From Tubulanus polymorphus (Eukaryota > Animalia > Nemertea), in the NCBI RefSeq assembly GCF_964204645.1, contig NC_134032.1, positions 14,000,275 to 14,064,274 on the forward strand: a stretch of 64,000 nt of DNA, given 5' to 3'. The position numbers and the translations under genes were made by a program. Within the stretch, counting starts at the first letter, position 1; each line of letters opens with the position of its first letter. Positions 46,236 through 59,488 of this stretch are shown here, one piece after another. The notes under the pieces were generated by a model that saw nothing but the letters and a program-made list of their open reading frames with translations, had not been told where the DNA came from and did not search any database.

Positions 46236-47110
46236 GGAGAGAGAGAGAGAGGAGAGGGAGAGGGAAGAAAGTGAAAGATGGAGAGAGAGGAGAGAGGGGG
46301 AGGGGGAGGAAGAGGGGGAGGGGAGGGGAGGGGAGGGGAGAAAGAGGGGAGGGGAGGGGAGGGGAGGGGAGGGGAGGGGAGGGGAGGGAGAGGGAGAGGG
46401 AGAGGGAGAGGGAGAGGGAGAGGGAGAGAGGAGAGGGAAGAAAGTGAGGGATGGAAAGAGAGAGAGGAGAGGGAAGAAAGTGAGGGATGGAAAGAGAGAG
46501 AGGAGAGGGAAGAAAGTAGGGGATGGAGAGAGAGGAGAGGGAAGAAAGGGAGGAATGGAAAGAGAGAGAGGAGAGGGAAGAAAGTGAGGGATGGAAAGAG
46601 AGAGGGGAGAGGGAAGAAAGTAGGGGATGGAGAGAGAGGAGAGGGAAGAAAGGGAGGAATGGAAAGAGAGAGAGGAGAGGGAAGAAAGTGAGGGATGGAG
46701 AGAGAGGAGAGGGAAGAAAGTGAGGGATGGAAAGAGAGAGAGGAGAGGGAAGAAAGTAGGGGATGGAGAGAGAGGAGAGGGAAGAAAGGGAGGAATGGAA
46801 AGAGAGAGAGGAGAGGGAAGAAAGTGAGGGATGGAAAGAGAGAGAGGAGAGGGAAGAAAGTGAGGGATGGAAAGAGAGAGAGGAGAGGGAAGAAAGTGAG
46901 GGATGGAAAGAGAGAGAGGAGAGGGAAGAAAGTAGGGGATGGAGAGAGAGGAGAGGGAAGAAAGGGAGGAATGGAAAGAGAGAGAGGAGAGGGAAGAAAG
47001 TGAGGGATGGAAAGAGAGAGAGGAGAGGGAAGAAAGTGAGGGATGGAAAGAGAGAGAGGAGAGGGAAGAAAGTAGGGGATGGAGAGAGAGGAGAGGGAAG
47101 AAAGTGAGGA
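46236..47110. repeat. Polypurine tandem repeat
   Basis: GGGGA/GGGAGA runs, then 32-36-bp units GAGAGAGGAGAGGGAAGAAAGTGAGGGATGGAAA. Confidence 0.9.
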
Positions 47111-47211
47111 ATGAATTCTTGACAAGGCGAGGGTGACGGAGAAAGAGATATGGCAAGGACTGAGACAGAGGAGAGATAAGTGAGAATAGGAAGGGATGTA
47201 GTTTCTGTGGT

Positions 47212-47630
47212 CTATTACACGTCCGCAGTATTACCGGTCCGCAGTATTACCCGTCCGCAGTATTACACGTCCGCAGTATTACACGTCCACAGTATTACCG
47301 TCCGCAGTATTACCCGTCCGCAGTATTACCCGTCCGCAGTATTACCCGTCCGCAGTATTACCCGTCCGCAGTATTACCCGTCCGCAGTATTACACGTCCG
47401 CAGTATTACACGTCCGCAGTATTACACGTCCACAGTATTACCGTCCGCAGTATTACCCGTCCGCAGTATTACCCGTCCGCAGTATTACCCGTCCGCAGTA
47501 TTACCCGTCCGCAGTATTACCCGTCCGCAGTATTACACGTCCGCAGTATTACACGTCCGCAGTATTACCCGTCCGCAGTATTGCAGTATTACCCGCAGTA
47601 TTACCCATCCGCATTATTACCCACAGTATT
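47212..47630. repeat. 16-bp minisatellite, about 25 copies
   Basis: Unit GTCCGCAGTATTACMC. Confidence 0.93.
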
Positions 47631-48086
47631 TGCTCCAACTGTTCAGGTCCTCAATAAATGTTTCTCCATCATTTTCAGTTGTTTATCATTGATCTGTGTT
47701 TTTTCTCTCACACAGAATTCATCATCTCAGTCTCTGTGTCCAGTCGTTTGCTGAAGTGTTTTTACAAATTACTCGATGTCAGCTCGATCATCCACTCCCC
47801 CTTCTCCCTCTCCCCCTCCCCCAGCTCCCTCTCCTCCCCCTAAACGCTCTCTCGGTTCCGTATTAAAACACTCGTAGAATTCATGATAGGTTTTTTCGAA
47901 GAGTGTGAGAATTTTTAGCGAAGAATTTTCGACATCGAGCACCGGATAAGTGATCAATGTCCATTTACCACACTGAGAGTGGAGAGAAACTAACATGCAG
48001 TTTGTAGGCCGGACAGTGGTAGCTGGTCGAGCAGCATTCACATCATTCAGTATCGTATGAAGGAAATGATTCTGCATTGAAACCCG

Positions 48087-49077
48087 GTCTGGTGGTCCAC
48101 TTTGATACACGACAGTCTGGTGGTCCACTTTGATACACGACAGTCTGGTGGTCCACTTTGATACACGACAGTCTGGTGGTCCACTTTGATACACGACAGT
48201 CTGGTGGTCCACATTGATACACAACAGTCTGGTGGTCCACTTTGATACACGACAGTCTGCTGGTCCACATTGATACACGACAGTCTGGTGGTCCACTTTG
48301 ATACACGACAGTCTGGTGGTCCACTTTGATACACGACAGTCTGGTGGTCCACTTTGATACACGACAGTCTGCTGGTCCACATTGATACACGACAGTCTGA
48401 TGGTCCACTTTGATACACGACAGTCTGGTGGTCCACATTGATACACAACAGTCTGGTGGTCCACTTTGATACACGACAGTCTGCTGGTCCACATTGATAC
48501 ACGACAGTCTGGTGGTCCACTTTGATACACGACAGTCTGGTGGTCCACTTTGATACACGACAGTCTGGTGGTCCACTTTGATACACGACAGTCTGCTGGT
48601 CCACATTGATACACGACAGTCTGGTGGTCCACTTTGATACACGACAGTCTGGTGGTCCACTTTGATACACGACAGTCTGGTGGTCCACTTTGATACACGA
48701 CAGTCTGCTGGTCCACATTGATACACGACAGTCTGCTGGTCCACTTTGTTACACGACAGTCTGCTGGTCCACTTTGATACACAACAGTCTGCTGGTCCAC
48801 ATTGATACACAACAGTCTGGTGGTCCACCCTGAACCGCGACAGTCTGGTGGTCCACCTTGAACCGCGACAGTCTGGTGGTCCACTTTGAACCGCGACAGT
48901 CTGGTGGTCCACCTTGAACCGCGACAGTCTGGTGGTCCACCTTGAACCGCGACAGTCTGGTGGTCCACCTTGAACCGCGACAGTCTGGTGGTCCACCTTG
49001 AACCGCGACAGTCTGGTGGTCCACCTTGAACCGCGACAGTCTGGTGGTCCACCTTGAACCGCGACAGTCTGGTGGTC
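48087..49077. repeat. 28-bp minisatellite, about 35 copies, two sequence blocks
   Basis: CAGTCTGGTGGTCCACTTTGATACACGA, switching to ...CACCTTGAACCGCGA at about 48829. Confidence 0.95.
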
Positions 49078-50007
49078 TAGTCTGAAGGTTACAGACTGTT
49101 TTTAATGTTGAGATGTATTCATATCTCACAGATCAATGTTGAGTACATATATCAACTGATTGAACTAGAGACACAGAGGGAGAGAGGAGACAAGGGGAGA
49201 GGGGGGAAGACTTGGAGAGAGGAGAGTGGGAAGCATGGAGAGAGAAGGGAAGATTTAGACGCAGGCACAGAGAGTTGACTGTGATAAAGCGTACTGTGGA
49301 AGACAGTATAGTATATGAATCTGAAATGATGTATTTTTGCCTCTATATCGATGAACACTAGATCGATACGATATTGAGATATTGAGATATCTCGTGTGTG
49401 TGTGTGAGAGATTCTGTGTGATGAATATCGATATTTTCTGTTTTGAATCAATCTCTATCTCGATACAGGCGTGAATTAATATTCCAGTTTTTTTCCGGAT
49501 GTCATCGATTTACTCACGACTCGGAGCGCGCCGCACGTTCATACAGTCGCGGGGGGATGGAGAAAAACCGTTTGAAAGAAATGTCACACGGTTTTATATA
49601 AATACGGCTGGCAATAAGAAGTAGGAGGGGTTTGGCTTACGGCTTACGAACGGGAAGGGTAAGCTTATACGGCGGGTATAATAATGGTTGGGGGATTAAG
49701 TAAAGCGCAATAAAAGGATAGTTCGATATTGTGAATTTTTCAATGGAGTGAAAAGGAAGGTGGTGAAAAAGGTCTTTGAATTATTTTCGGGTAGAGATAG
49801 AGATGGGTGTGGTTTAGGTTATAGATGTTGAGAGGAGAGGTTGAGAGAGTCAGAGAGATGGGGAGAGGTCGAGATGGGGAGAGGTTTAGGTTATAATTCT
49901 GTTCACAATTTTCACTGTTGTTCAATTTTTGGCAGTAATCCTTCAATCGAATGATGAAAAATTCTTTCTTTCTCATTACTTTCCATTTTAAAACGCCAAC
50001 ATCCAGA

Positions 50008-51125
50008 TCCACAGTTGTGAAGTCATATCTGAATTCAGGACCCTGCAGTTCCACAGTTGTGAGTAAGAGTCATCTCTGAATTCCGGACCCTGCAGTTCCA
50101 CAGTTGTGAGTAAGAGTCATCTGTGAATTCAGGACCCTGCAGTTCCACAGTTGTGAGTAAGAGTCATCTCTGAATTCAGGACCCTGCAGTTCCACAGTTG
50201 TGAGTAAGAGTCATCTCTGAATTCAGGACCCTGCAGTTCCACAGTTGTGAGTAAGAGTCATCTCTGAATTCAGGACCCTGCAGTTCCACAGTTGTGAGTA
50301 AGAGTCATCTCTGAATTCAGGACCCTGCAGCTGCACAGCTGTGAGTAAGAGTCATCTCTGAATTCAGGACCCTGAAGCTGCACAGCTGTGAGTAAGAGTC
50401 ATCTCTGAATTCAGGACCCTGCAGTTCCACAGTTGTGAGTAAGAGTCATCTCTGAATTCAGGACCCTGCAGTTCCACAGTTGTGAGTAAGAGTCATCTCT
50501 GAATTCAGGACCCTGCAGTTCCACAGTTGTGAGTAAGAGTCATCTCTGAATTCAGGACCCTGCAGTTCCACAGTTTTGAGTAAGAGTCATCTCTGAATTC
50601 AGGACCCTGCAGCTGCACAGCTGTGAGTAAGAGTCATCTCTGAATTCAGGACCCTGCAGCTGCACAGCTGTGAGTAAGAGTCATCTCTGAATTCAGGACC
50701 CTGCAGTTCCACAGTTGTGAGTAAGAGTCATCTCTGAATTCAGGACCCTGCAGCTGCACAGCTGTGAGTAAGAGTCATCTCTGAATTCAGGACCCTGCAG
50801 TTCCACAGCTGTGAGTAAGAGTCATCTCTGAATTCAGGACCCTGCAGTTCCACAGTTGTGAGTAAGAGTCATCTCTGAATTCAGGACCCTGCAGTTCCAC
50901 AGTTGTGAGTAAGAGTCATCTCTGAATTCAGGACCCTGCAGTTCCACAGTTTTGAGTTTCTGTTAACTATGAACTCTGGGTCCAGTTCCACAGTTGTGAG
51001 TTAGAGTTAACTGTGAACTTGAGACCCAGTTCCACAGTTGTGAGTTGGAGTTAACTGTGAACTCGAGACCCAGTTCCACAGTTGTGAGTTAGAGTTAACT
51101 GTGAACTCGAGACCCAGTTCCACTG
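50008..51125. repeat. 47-bp minisatellite (about 20 copies) followed by related ~44-bp units
   Basis: Unit AGTTCCACAGTTGTGAGTAAGAGTCATCTCTGAATTCAGGACCCTGC. Confidence 0.95.
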
Positions 51126-52604
51126 TTGAAATCCGTTATTCTTAATGAATAAAAACGGCCTGAAAGCATCAGACCTACTAAATACGAGCGCGTCATTTTT
51201 TATTGGAAGAATAAAACCGAATTGAGTCGTGCGTTCGCTGCTGCACTTTGAAACCATCAATTTGTTGATAAGTGTTTCTCAGATATCTCTGAGAGACACT
51301 TGTTATACTTTGTGTCTATAAGTCTCCAGTTCCATTAAGATTTCGTTCTCTTTGTGGAATCTGTGTAGCTTCTCAAATGAGCTGATATCTCTCTCTCTCT
51401 CTATCCATCAATACTTACTCTCTTCTCTATACACAGAACTCGCGGATTCTAAACATGCACTGAAAACCTTGTATTCTATTGTATGAGAGGTTTACTAACA
51501 CCGCTGGGTGAACTGGGGCTGGGGTAGGGGGAGGGGGGTCTCATTGTTATTCGGAGTGTACGCGCCACTTTGAACGCTCCACTTCAAAGATATCAGCACG
51601 ATGTGTAATAATGAATATTTATTTTCGAAGAGAATTGTGATTACTCAGTCATTTCTTACAGTGTGGTATAGATTTCTAGAACTTGGTGCGAGGTTTTGAC
51701 AGTTTTGTTAGGTTTGAGGTTTGTTCATTGATGAATTCAAAGAGTTCAGATGGTCAGACAGTTTCTTAAAAATTTCGAAATATAGATTTTCCCCTTATTT
51801 CTTTGATTAGGATTTAAGATTCAGGGAAGGATAATAGTTCAGGGAAGTTCTCTTTTAGTTCAACTCGACCCTCCTATAATTCAGGGAAGTCCTTTAGTAG
51901 TTTTAGGGTAGCTTCAGTCAATGGATCCGATACTCCCCTCTCTGTTCCCCTTCTTCCATGTCTTCTGGCTGGTATTGTTACAGCTCGGTCCTCACAGTTG
52001 TCGTCGGGAGGGGGAGGGGGTGTTTATGAGCCCCGTTACACGGCTCGATTCCCCCTTAGTTTCCGGTTTGACGCTATCAAGCGTTCGTTTTATGGAAGAT
52101 AAATCAATATTCATGGCATTGTTGTCGTCGTCGACGACGACCGGAGAGAGCGACAGACGTATTTCTCTCTTTCTACTGTCGGAATCTAGAATTACCTGAG
52201 AAAATCAACGATTAATTGTCATCAGTGGAAAAAAAAGATATTTCATATTCCGATCATCCGTCTGTTAACTGTATGTCTGATGAGCAGTGTATAGGGAGGC
52301 GGGAGGGTGAGGGAAGTGGGGAGGGGTAAGCGATGGGGATAATTCTCTAGAGGGATTGAGATTAATAACGCTATTTCGCTAATTTCACTTTGCATGAAAA
52401 TATCCGATAATTCTTCGCTAAAAACGAATGACGTTAATTTCGATGTAAATTGATGAAATATTTGCGGCTAATAAACGTCGTCGTTGTTCCCATAGAAACA
52501 ATTAAACAGACGGACGAACGAATAACCGATAAACGTCTGCTCTTACTAATTACTGCTTAACGTTATTCTCAATGAATGACGATAAAAACATTTAAATCCA
52601 GTTT

Positions 52605-53623
52605 GTTCAGAAATGTCCAGTATCAGAAATCGGGACATCCAGTATCTGAACCCAGTTCCAGGACATACAGTGTCTTAACCCGGTTCAGAGATGTCCAGGA
52701 TTAGAAATCGGGACATCCAGTATCTGAACCCAGTTCCAGGACATACAGTGTCTTCTTAACCCGGTTCAGAGATGTCCAGGATTAGAAATCGGGACATCCA
52801 GTATCTGAACCCAGTTCCAGGACATGCAGTGTCTTCTTAACCCAGTTCAGAGATGTCCAGGATTAGAAATCGGGACATCCAGTATCTGAACCCAGTTCCA
52901 GGACATGCAGTGTCTTCTTAACCCAGTTCAGAGATGTCCAGGATTAGAAATCGGGACATCCAGTATCTGAACCCAGTTCCAGGACATGCAGTGTCTTCTT
53001 AACCCAGTTCAGAGATGTCCAGTATCAGAAATCGGGACATCCAGTATCTGAACTCAGTTCCAGGACATGCAGTGTCTTAACCCAGTTCAGAGATGTCCAG
53101 TATCAGAAATCGGGACATCCAGTATCTGAACCCAGTTCCAGGACATGCAGTGTCTTAACCCAGTTCAGAGATGTCCAGGATTAGAAATCAGGACATCCAG
53201 TATCTGAACCCAGTTCCAGGACATGCAGTGTCTTCTTAACCCAGTTCAGAGATGTCCAGTATCAGAAATCGGGACATCCAGTATCTGAACTCAGTTCCAG
53301 GACATGCAGTGTCTTAACCCAGTTCAGAGATGTCCAGTATCAGAAATCGGGACATCCAGTATCTGAACCCAGTTCCAGGACATGCAGTGTCTTAACCCAG
53401 TTCAGAGATGTCCAGTATCAGAAATCGGGACATCCAGTATCTGAACCCAGTTCCAGGACATGCAGTGTCTTAACCCAGTTCAGAGATGTCCAGGATTAGA
53501 AATCAGGACATCCAGTATCTGAACCCAGTTCCAGGACATGCAGTGTCTTCTTAACCCAGTTCAGAGATGTCCAGGATTAGAAATCAGGACATCCAGTATC
53601 TGAACCCGGTTCAGGGACATCCA
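52605..53623. repeat. 78/81-bp minisatellite, about 13 copies
   Basis: Unit GTTCAGAGATGTCCAG...GGACATCCAGTATCTGAACCCAGTTCCAGGACATGCAGTGTCTTAACCCA. Confidence 0.93.
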
Positions 53624-54739
53624 TCATTTGAATCATTCAGGGACATCCGGCTTTCGATCAAGATCTCGCAGAAAAAGCCGATTGATTTCTAAAAAGTGAT
53701 CAATTTATAAAATGAGTTCTTATGGATATGATCAACAATCACTTACCGCCGGTTACGATAAACAATCAGTAACCGCGGTTACTGCGAGATGTATATCGGC
53801 AGCGGTCGGCTCTCGTCGCTGATAGAATTAATGAAATCAATCTTTCAGTGTCGTATGATTTACTCACTATTGAAATTCACTCATAGACTTAATTAAATCG
53901 GTCGCGAGGAAAGAGTTGATCATTAAGTTAATGTCGTTCTTGTGTGAGACGAGTCATTAGCTCCATCCTCGTACCCTCCCCCTCTCTCCCTACCCTCTCC
54001 TTCCCTCCTCACCCCTCTCCCTACCCTCTTCTCCCCTCCTCTCCCTCTCTCCCTACCCTCTCCTACCCTCCTCTCCCTCTCTCCCTACCCTCTCCTTCCC
54101 TTCTCTCCCACTCTCCCTACCCTCTCCTACCATCCTAACATTTCTCTCTCATCCCCTCTTCTCCCCTCCTACCGTCTCCTCCCTTCCCTCCCCTCTCATA
54201 CCCTCTCCTCCCCTCCTCTCCTACCCTCCCCTTCTATCTCCCCTCCTTTCCTCGCTCCCCTCTCCTCTCTTAACCTCTCTCTCCTTGGTGTGACGGGTTT
54301 GTAAGGGAAACAGATATTCAATCAAATGAAATAGATTAGAGGAAAAATCATTCTTATTACAAAAAACTATGAAAATCGCTAATATTTAGAGCCCCTCCCT
54401 TTATCTAGTGGTTGGCTCCAGTCATTTCCGGTCCCGTATATTATCGTTGGTTGTTGATTTATGGATTTATCAGTGTAGAATGAGCAGCTATAAACAGTCG
54501 TATAAAATCATTATTAAACCATAGCATCTATCGGGACCAGATTCTCATAAAACAATTAAACGTAAGCGATCGGGGGTAAACAGAGTATAGTTTTATAGCC
54601 CGTGCGGGGTTTACATTTCCGGTGAAAGTTTTACAGTAGAATCCAGGGACTTTGCCGGTGGGACTGATTTGATATTCTCCACTAGTCATAGCAGTATGAA
54701 AACATTTCCAGGGGATGTAATGATTGAAAGCGGCTTCCA

Positions 54740-54862
54740 AGAGTCTGGGACACAGCCCCGTGGCAGGCAGAGTCTGGGACACAGCCCTGTGGCTAGCAGA
54801 GTCTGGGACACAGCCCTGTGGCTAGCAGAGTCTGGGACACAGCCCCGTGGCAGGCAGAGTCC
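54740..54862. repeat. 29-bp tandem repeat, 4 copies
   Basis: Unit AGAGTCTGGGACACAGCCCYGTGGCWRGC. Confidence 0.9.
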
Positions 54863-56031
54863 GCGGCACGTGATAGTCAGAGGGAATCAGCTTGCTCTGT
54901 CTACTTTTGTATAATTGAAGATTCCTTAATTTATCTATTCATCAGTTTTTAGTCAAATTGATAATTTTATAAACGTAACTCAGAAACCGAGCGAAGGACA
55001 AAATTACATTTCATACATATATTTGCGAATAAAGCGAATTTTCCGAAAGATGAACTATTCTCGAGTAGGATCCTTTACACTATACACAGAGAGATAAATA
55101 TAGGGTAAAAAAAAAGTGAATTATTCATGGAAGTATAACAAGCAGAATACCTGTTGTATTGTATTTGAATATAATGGTTGAATTGACGGTAACTCGCTGT
55201 CACGGGGATATATTATATATATACATACAGTTATTCAGTGTTACGCGATATGGATTAATTTCCCGTGTAACTGGTTTGAATTGTTAATGATTAATTGATT
55301 TACCCGTTATACGTTATAACGTGCGTTGTTGTTCTCAAATCACAGTCAGTGACTTCGATAAGATCCGGACATCGATGAAGGGAAGTTAGAATTGATTATC
55401 TAAACTCTGTCTATAGCGGAAACGGCCCTCGTCCTTAGTGGTCTGCTGGACCTTGCTTGACCCTTAGACTGGTCTTAGATTTGTTGTTAGATTGGCTATA
55501 GAACCAAAATGAGTTTAGACTGGTTTTAAGTTGTTAGATTGGCTTTAGAACCAAAATGAGCTAAGACCGGTCTTAAGTTGTTAGATCGGCTATAGTCTTG
55601 TAGAACCAAGATGAGTTTAGACTGGTATTAGGTTGTAAGATTGGCCATATTTATGGTTGGTGATATACTGATGTAACTGGCCCTGGTCTATAAACCAGTC
55701 CTTGTATAATCATTAAGATGTTTGGACCAGTGATGACTATTTCTGATGACTATTTCTGATGACTATCAGTAATTCTAGTCAGTAATTGTTACAGTTTTCG
55801 AGGCATATGTCAAATTCTCACAGTGAATTAACACAGAACTGTTGACTTCATTTCTCTACATACTTCATTACCCCCCTTTCACTCCCCATTCACCCCATTT
55901 CACTCCCCATTTATTCTTGTACACCCTCTAATTACTCTCCTCTCCCTATCTGACCCATTATACCGTCCTTAATCTCTCTATAGGCTTCTCTCTTCACTGT
56001 TCCATTCTGAGCACTTTTCTTTTTTCTGGTC

Positions 56032-56563
56032 CGTCTCCTCTCTAGCTCTCCTCTCTATCCTCTCTCTCCTCTCTCTTCTCTCTAGCTCTCCTCTCTCTCC
56101 TCTCTCTCCTCTCTCCTCTCTCTCTCCTCTCTCTCTCCTCTCTAGCTCTCCTCTCTCTCTCTCTCCTCTGTCTCCTCTCTAGCTCTCCCCTCTATCCTCT
56201 CTATCCTCTCTCTCCTCTCTCTCCTCTCTCTCCTCTGTCTCCTCTCTAGCTCTCCCCTCTATCCTCTCTATCCTCTCTCTCCTCTCTCTCCTCTCTCTCT
56301 CCTCTCTAGCTCTCCTCTCTCTCTCCTCTCTCTCTCTAGCTCTCTCCTCTCCTCTCTAGCTCTCTTCTCTCTAGCTCTCCTCTCTCCTCTCTCCTCTCCT
56401 CTCTAGCTCTCCTCTCTCCTCTCTAGCTCTCCTCTCTCTCTCCTCTCTCTCTCTAGCTCTCTCCTCTCCTCTCTAGCTCTCTCCTCTCTAGCTCTCCTCT
56501 CTCCTCTCTCCTCTCCTCTCTAGCTCTCCTCTCTCCTCTCTAGCTCTCCTCTCCACTCTCCAC
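56032..56563. repeat. CT-rich low-complexity tract
   Basis: CTCTCCTCTCTAG-type repeats; similar tracts at 53970-54285 and (purine strand) 41680-41850. Confidence 0.9.
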
Positions 56564-57083
56564 TCGTGTTGCTCTTTATAAGAGAATATTATGAGTTGTA
56601 GTTGGAGATGTCCGTCAGAATATTGTAGAATCAATTGAAGAATGAAATCTAATGTGTTTTATATCTGATACATCGCCTCTTCGCAGAGTCTTTCATGTTT
56701 CATCAGTTTAAACATTACGGAAATGAAAATTGATAACCGACAATTTCTCAAACATCCGATTACAACATGAGAGATAGAATTTATGTTTTATGATCATGAC
56801 TTGTATTAATTGAGGAGGGTCGTTGGGGCGCTGCTACTCCACCTACCTCGCCCCGTTCAACTGTCTGTTGGGTTTCCATAGCGATTTTCGACGGACTCAA
56901 CATTTTATGCGTTATTTAATTCCATGCGTCGATTAATTTCCACGGCAACTAACACAGTATTACAGCATTCACTGCATTTGACCTTTAGAAACGGAAATCT
57001 CACGCTTTAATTTTATTGCATTTTCTTTTTTGGGTGAAATAATTCAATTAACACTTTCACAACATTGACATATTTCAACACAT

Positions 57084-57577
57084 ACTGTGGCATGTGACCG
57101 TATGGAAGGAGACTGTGGCATGTGACCATATGGAAGGAGACTGTGGCATGTGACTGTATGGAAGGAGACTGTGGCATGTGACTGTATGGAAGGAGACTGT
57201 GGCATGTGACCGTATGGAAGGAGACTGTGGCATGTGACCGTATGGAAGGAGACTGTGGCATGTGACCGTATGGAAGGAGACTGTGGCATGTGACTGTATG
57301 GAAGGAGACTGTGGCATGTGACTGTATGGAAGGAGACTGTGGCATGTGACCGTATGGAAGGAGACTGTGGCATGTGACCGTATGGAAGGAGACTGTGGCA
57401 TGTGACCGTATGGAAGGAGACTGTGGCATGTGACTGTATGGAAGGAGACAGAGGCATGTGACCGTATAGAAGGAGACTGTGGCATGTGGCCGTACAGAAG
57501 TAGACTATGGCATGTGACTGTACAGAAGTAGACTGTGGCATGTGACTGTACAGAAGTAGACTGTGGCAAGTGACTAT
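57084..57577. repeat. 28-bp minisatellite, about 17 copies
   Basis: Unit ACTGTGGCATGTGACYGTATGGAAGGAG. Confidence 0.95.
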
Positions 57578-58709
57578 AATAATATTGTCTGTTCGCAGAA
57601 ATCTGAAGGGAATGTGTAGAATATTGAGTGTTTTTGTTACACCCCGTATCGCGACGGTCAGCGCGACAGACGACTACACTTCTGTTACACCCTGTACTCT
57701 CTCACCGTTCCATTCGATTTTATTCCATTTTTTCCGTCGCTCGGCGAACGACGTACACAACTCGTGCAGTAACGCTAATTACCGCAAGCGTCGTCGGATA
57801 TAAACCTGTTTGGTCGTGCTAATTATCGAGAGATGTTGATCAAATCGATACGAGCGCCGATATTTATTTCCGTGTCACGGAGATTAACCTCAAACCCAAT
57901 CAATCTATAGATCAATAGATAAATAGATTTCTCTCTGTCTGACTCACCCCTACTCCCCTCACCCCCTCCCCATATATTATTCCTAGAGTTTCAGCCTTCA
58001 ATTTTCAATACTTAATCATTCTTCCAATTTGTAATCGTCCACACTTCACATGTGTTCAGTACTTTACATGAGACATTTTTGAACATAAATGAACTACAAA
58101 CACTGGACATCAAATATTTCATGGGCACACTTTCAAAAACTGATCGTCCACATTTCGCTATGTGTTCAGTGCTTTACGTGAGACATTTTTTATTATAAAA
58201 TGAACTACAAACACCAAACATTTTATCAGCAAACTTACAATAGTTGTACAGGTCTTATAGGAGGCAGGTTGATACCTTTGTATATGTTGTGTAGGTAGCT
58301 TTTTACCGATCTCTGTAGTATTTCCACGTGTGTGGATAGTATAAGACTGATAGCTCTACGCCGGCCGTAGCGCAGCTACTCTCATTCTTACATCCGTGTG
58401 GCTGGTATTTCTCTCTTAATTTCTCAGTGAGTTATTGCGGATTGAGAGATGATAGTTCTCACCGCACCACGAGGTCTGCACAGATTCTCACTGTACAGTA
58501 GGTAGATCAGTCACTGATCTACTGAACCGTGAACTACTCCATGAAAAAATCTACCAGAATAATGATCACTTTCATGTTAAGATTTGCACGTTCATAGAAC
58601 AGCGCTGGTCAATGGCTACACGTCACATGTGGTCAGCTGACCTAGGGTTGGCCGTGATATTGGCTGCTATGTGCTAGTGCTATCATGGGTACTCAGCTGA
58701 GGGTTAAGG

Positions 58710-58710
<1 letters not shown>

Positions 58711-58781
<71 letters not shown>

Positions 58782-58820
58782 CCTCTCTCTCTCTCTCTCT
58801 CTTCTCCCTCTTCTCCCTCT
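58711..58820. repeat. (CT)n microsatellite
   Basis: More than 30 consecutive CT units, then degenerate. Confidence 0.95.
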
Positions 58821-59253
58821 CAGCAATCATTGGTATTTTATCGCCAATAAAATCCCCTCGAGTCATTAGTTAAAACTCAAGCGCTGTTTGATTTTCTCAT
58901 CAGGAAAAATAGACCTGCACGCTACATCTGACGTGAAGCCTCGACCGACCACGATAACAGGAATTAATGAATTTATTATCAGAGAAAACGAGAAAACAAA
59001 AACCAGTTCTTTCCGAAAATGATTAAATTCAGACTCACTCGCCGCAGTCACACTTTCCCTCACTTGCCGCAGTCTCGCTTACCCTCACTCGCCGCAGTCT
59101 ACATAAGATGTGAGTGGACTATTGCTGCTGCTGCTGCTGCTGCTACTGATGCAGCTGCAGCTTTTGTCATATTCAGTAATTCATTTATTGTCATTAAGCA
59201 GTAATTGAAGTTCATCTCCATCCTTTCTCCTCTCTCTGTCTCTACCGCTGCAG

Positions 59254-59488
59254 ACGCTCGATGTGAAGTCTGGTTGTTGCTGATGTTGATGTTGTGTGAT
59301 CACTGATAATTTCATAGTCTATAAACTCACTCAGTGATAAACTGCTCTAAACTGCTGAGACTGTCGCTGCCGCTGCTGCTGCTGCTGGTGCTGCGCTCAG
59401 TTACACTATCAAATAAATGGTGCAGAAAATTATTCATAAATTACCATGAATCAGAATTCTAGTCATGATTTCCCCCTTCCCCGGACAG
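59254..59488 (+). other. Putative 5' exon (UTR plus ATG at 59446, MNQNSSHDFPLPRT) of a plus-strand gene
   Basis: Upstream donor GTGAGT at 59110, strong polypyrimidine acceptor ending CTGCAG at 59253, donor CAG/GTGGGT at 59489; (CTG)n tracts and an upstream (CT)n. Confidence 0.4.

Noticed and set aside
46197-47692. Long low-complexity ORFs (Pro/Ser/Leu, Glu/Arg/Gly, RSITRPQYY)
   Set aside because: Translations of polypurine and 16-bp tandem repeats.
47769-49129. 427-aa, 317-aa and 223-aa Cys-rich ORFs
   Set aside because: All three minus frames are open because the 28-bp unit lacks stops; no domain or splice support.
52486-52499. RFX X-box-like GTTCCCATAGAAAC, with weaker matches near 56873 and 60139
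   Set aside because: Imperfect matches far from any defined promoter; expected by chance in 64 kb.
39052-55770. Other CTGATGA occurrences (about 39053, 39580, 52277, 55744) as hammerhead cores or C boxes
   Set aside because: No stem II followed by GAAA, and no convincing terminal stem with a D box.
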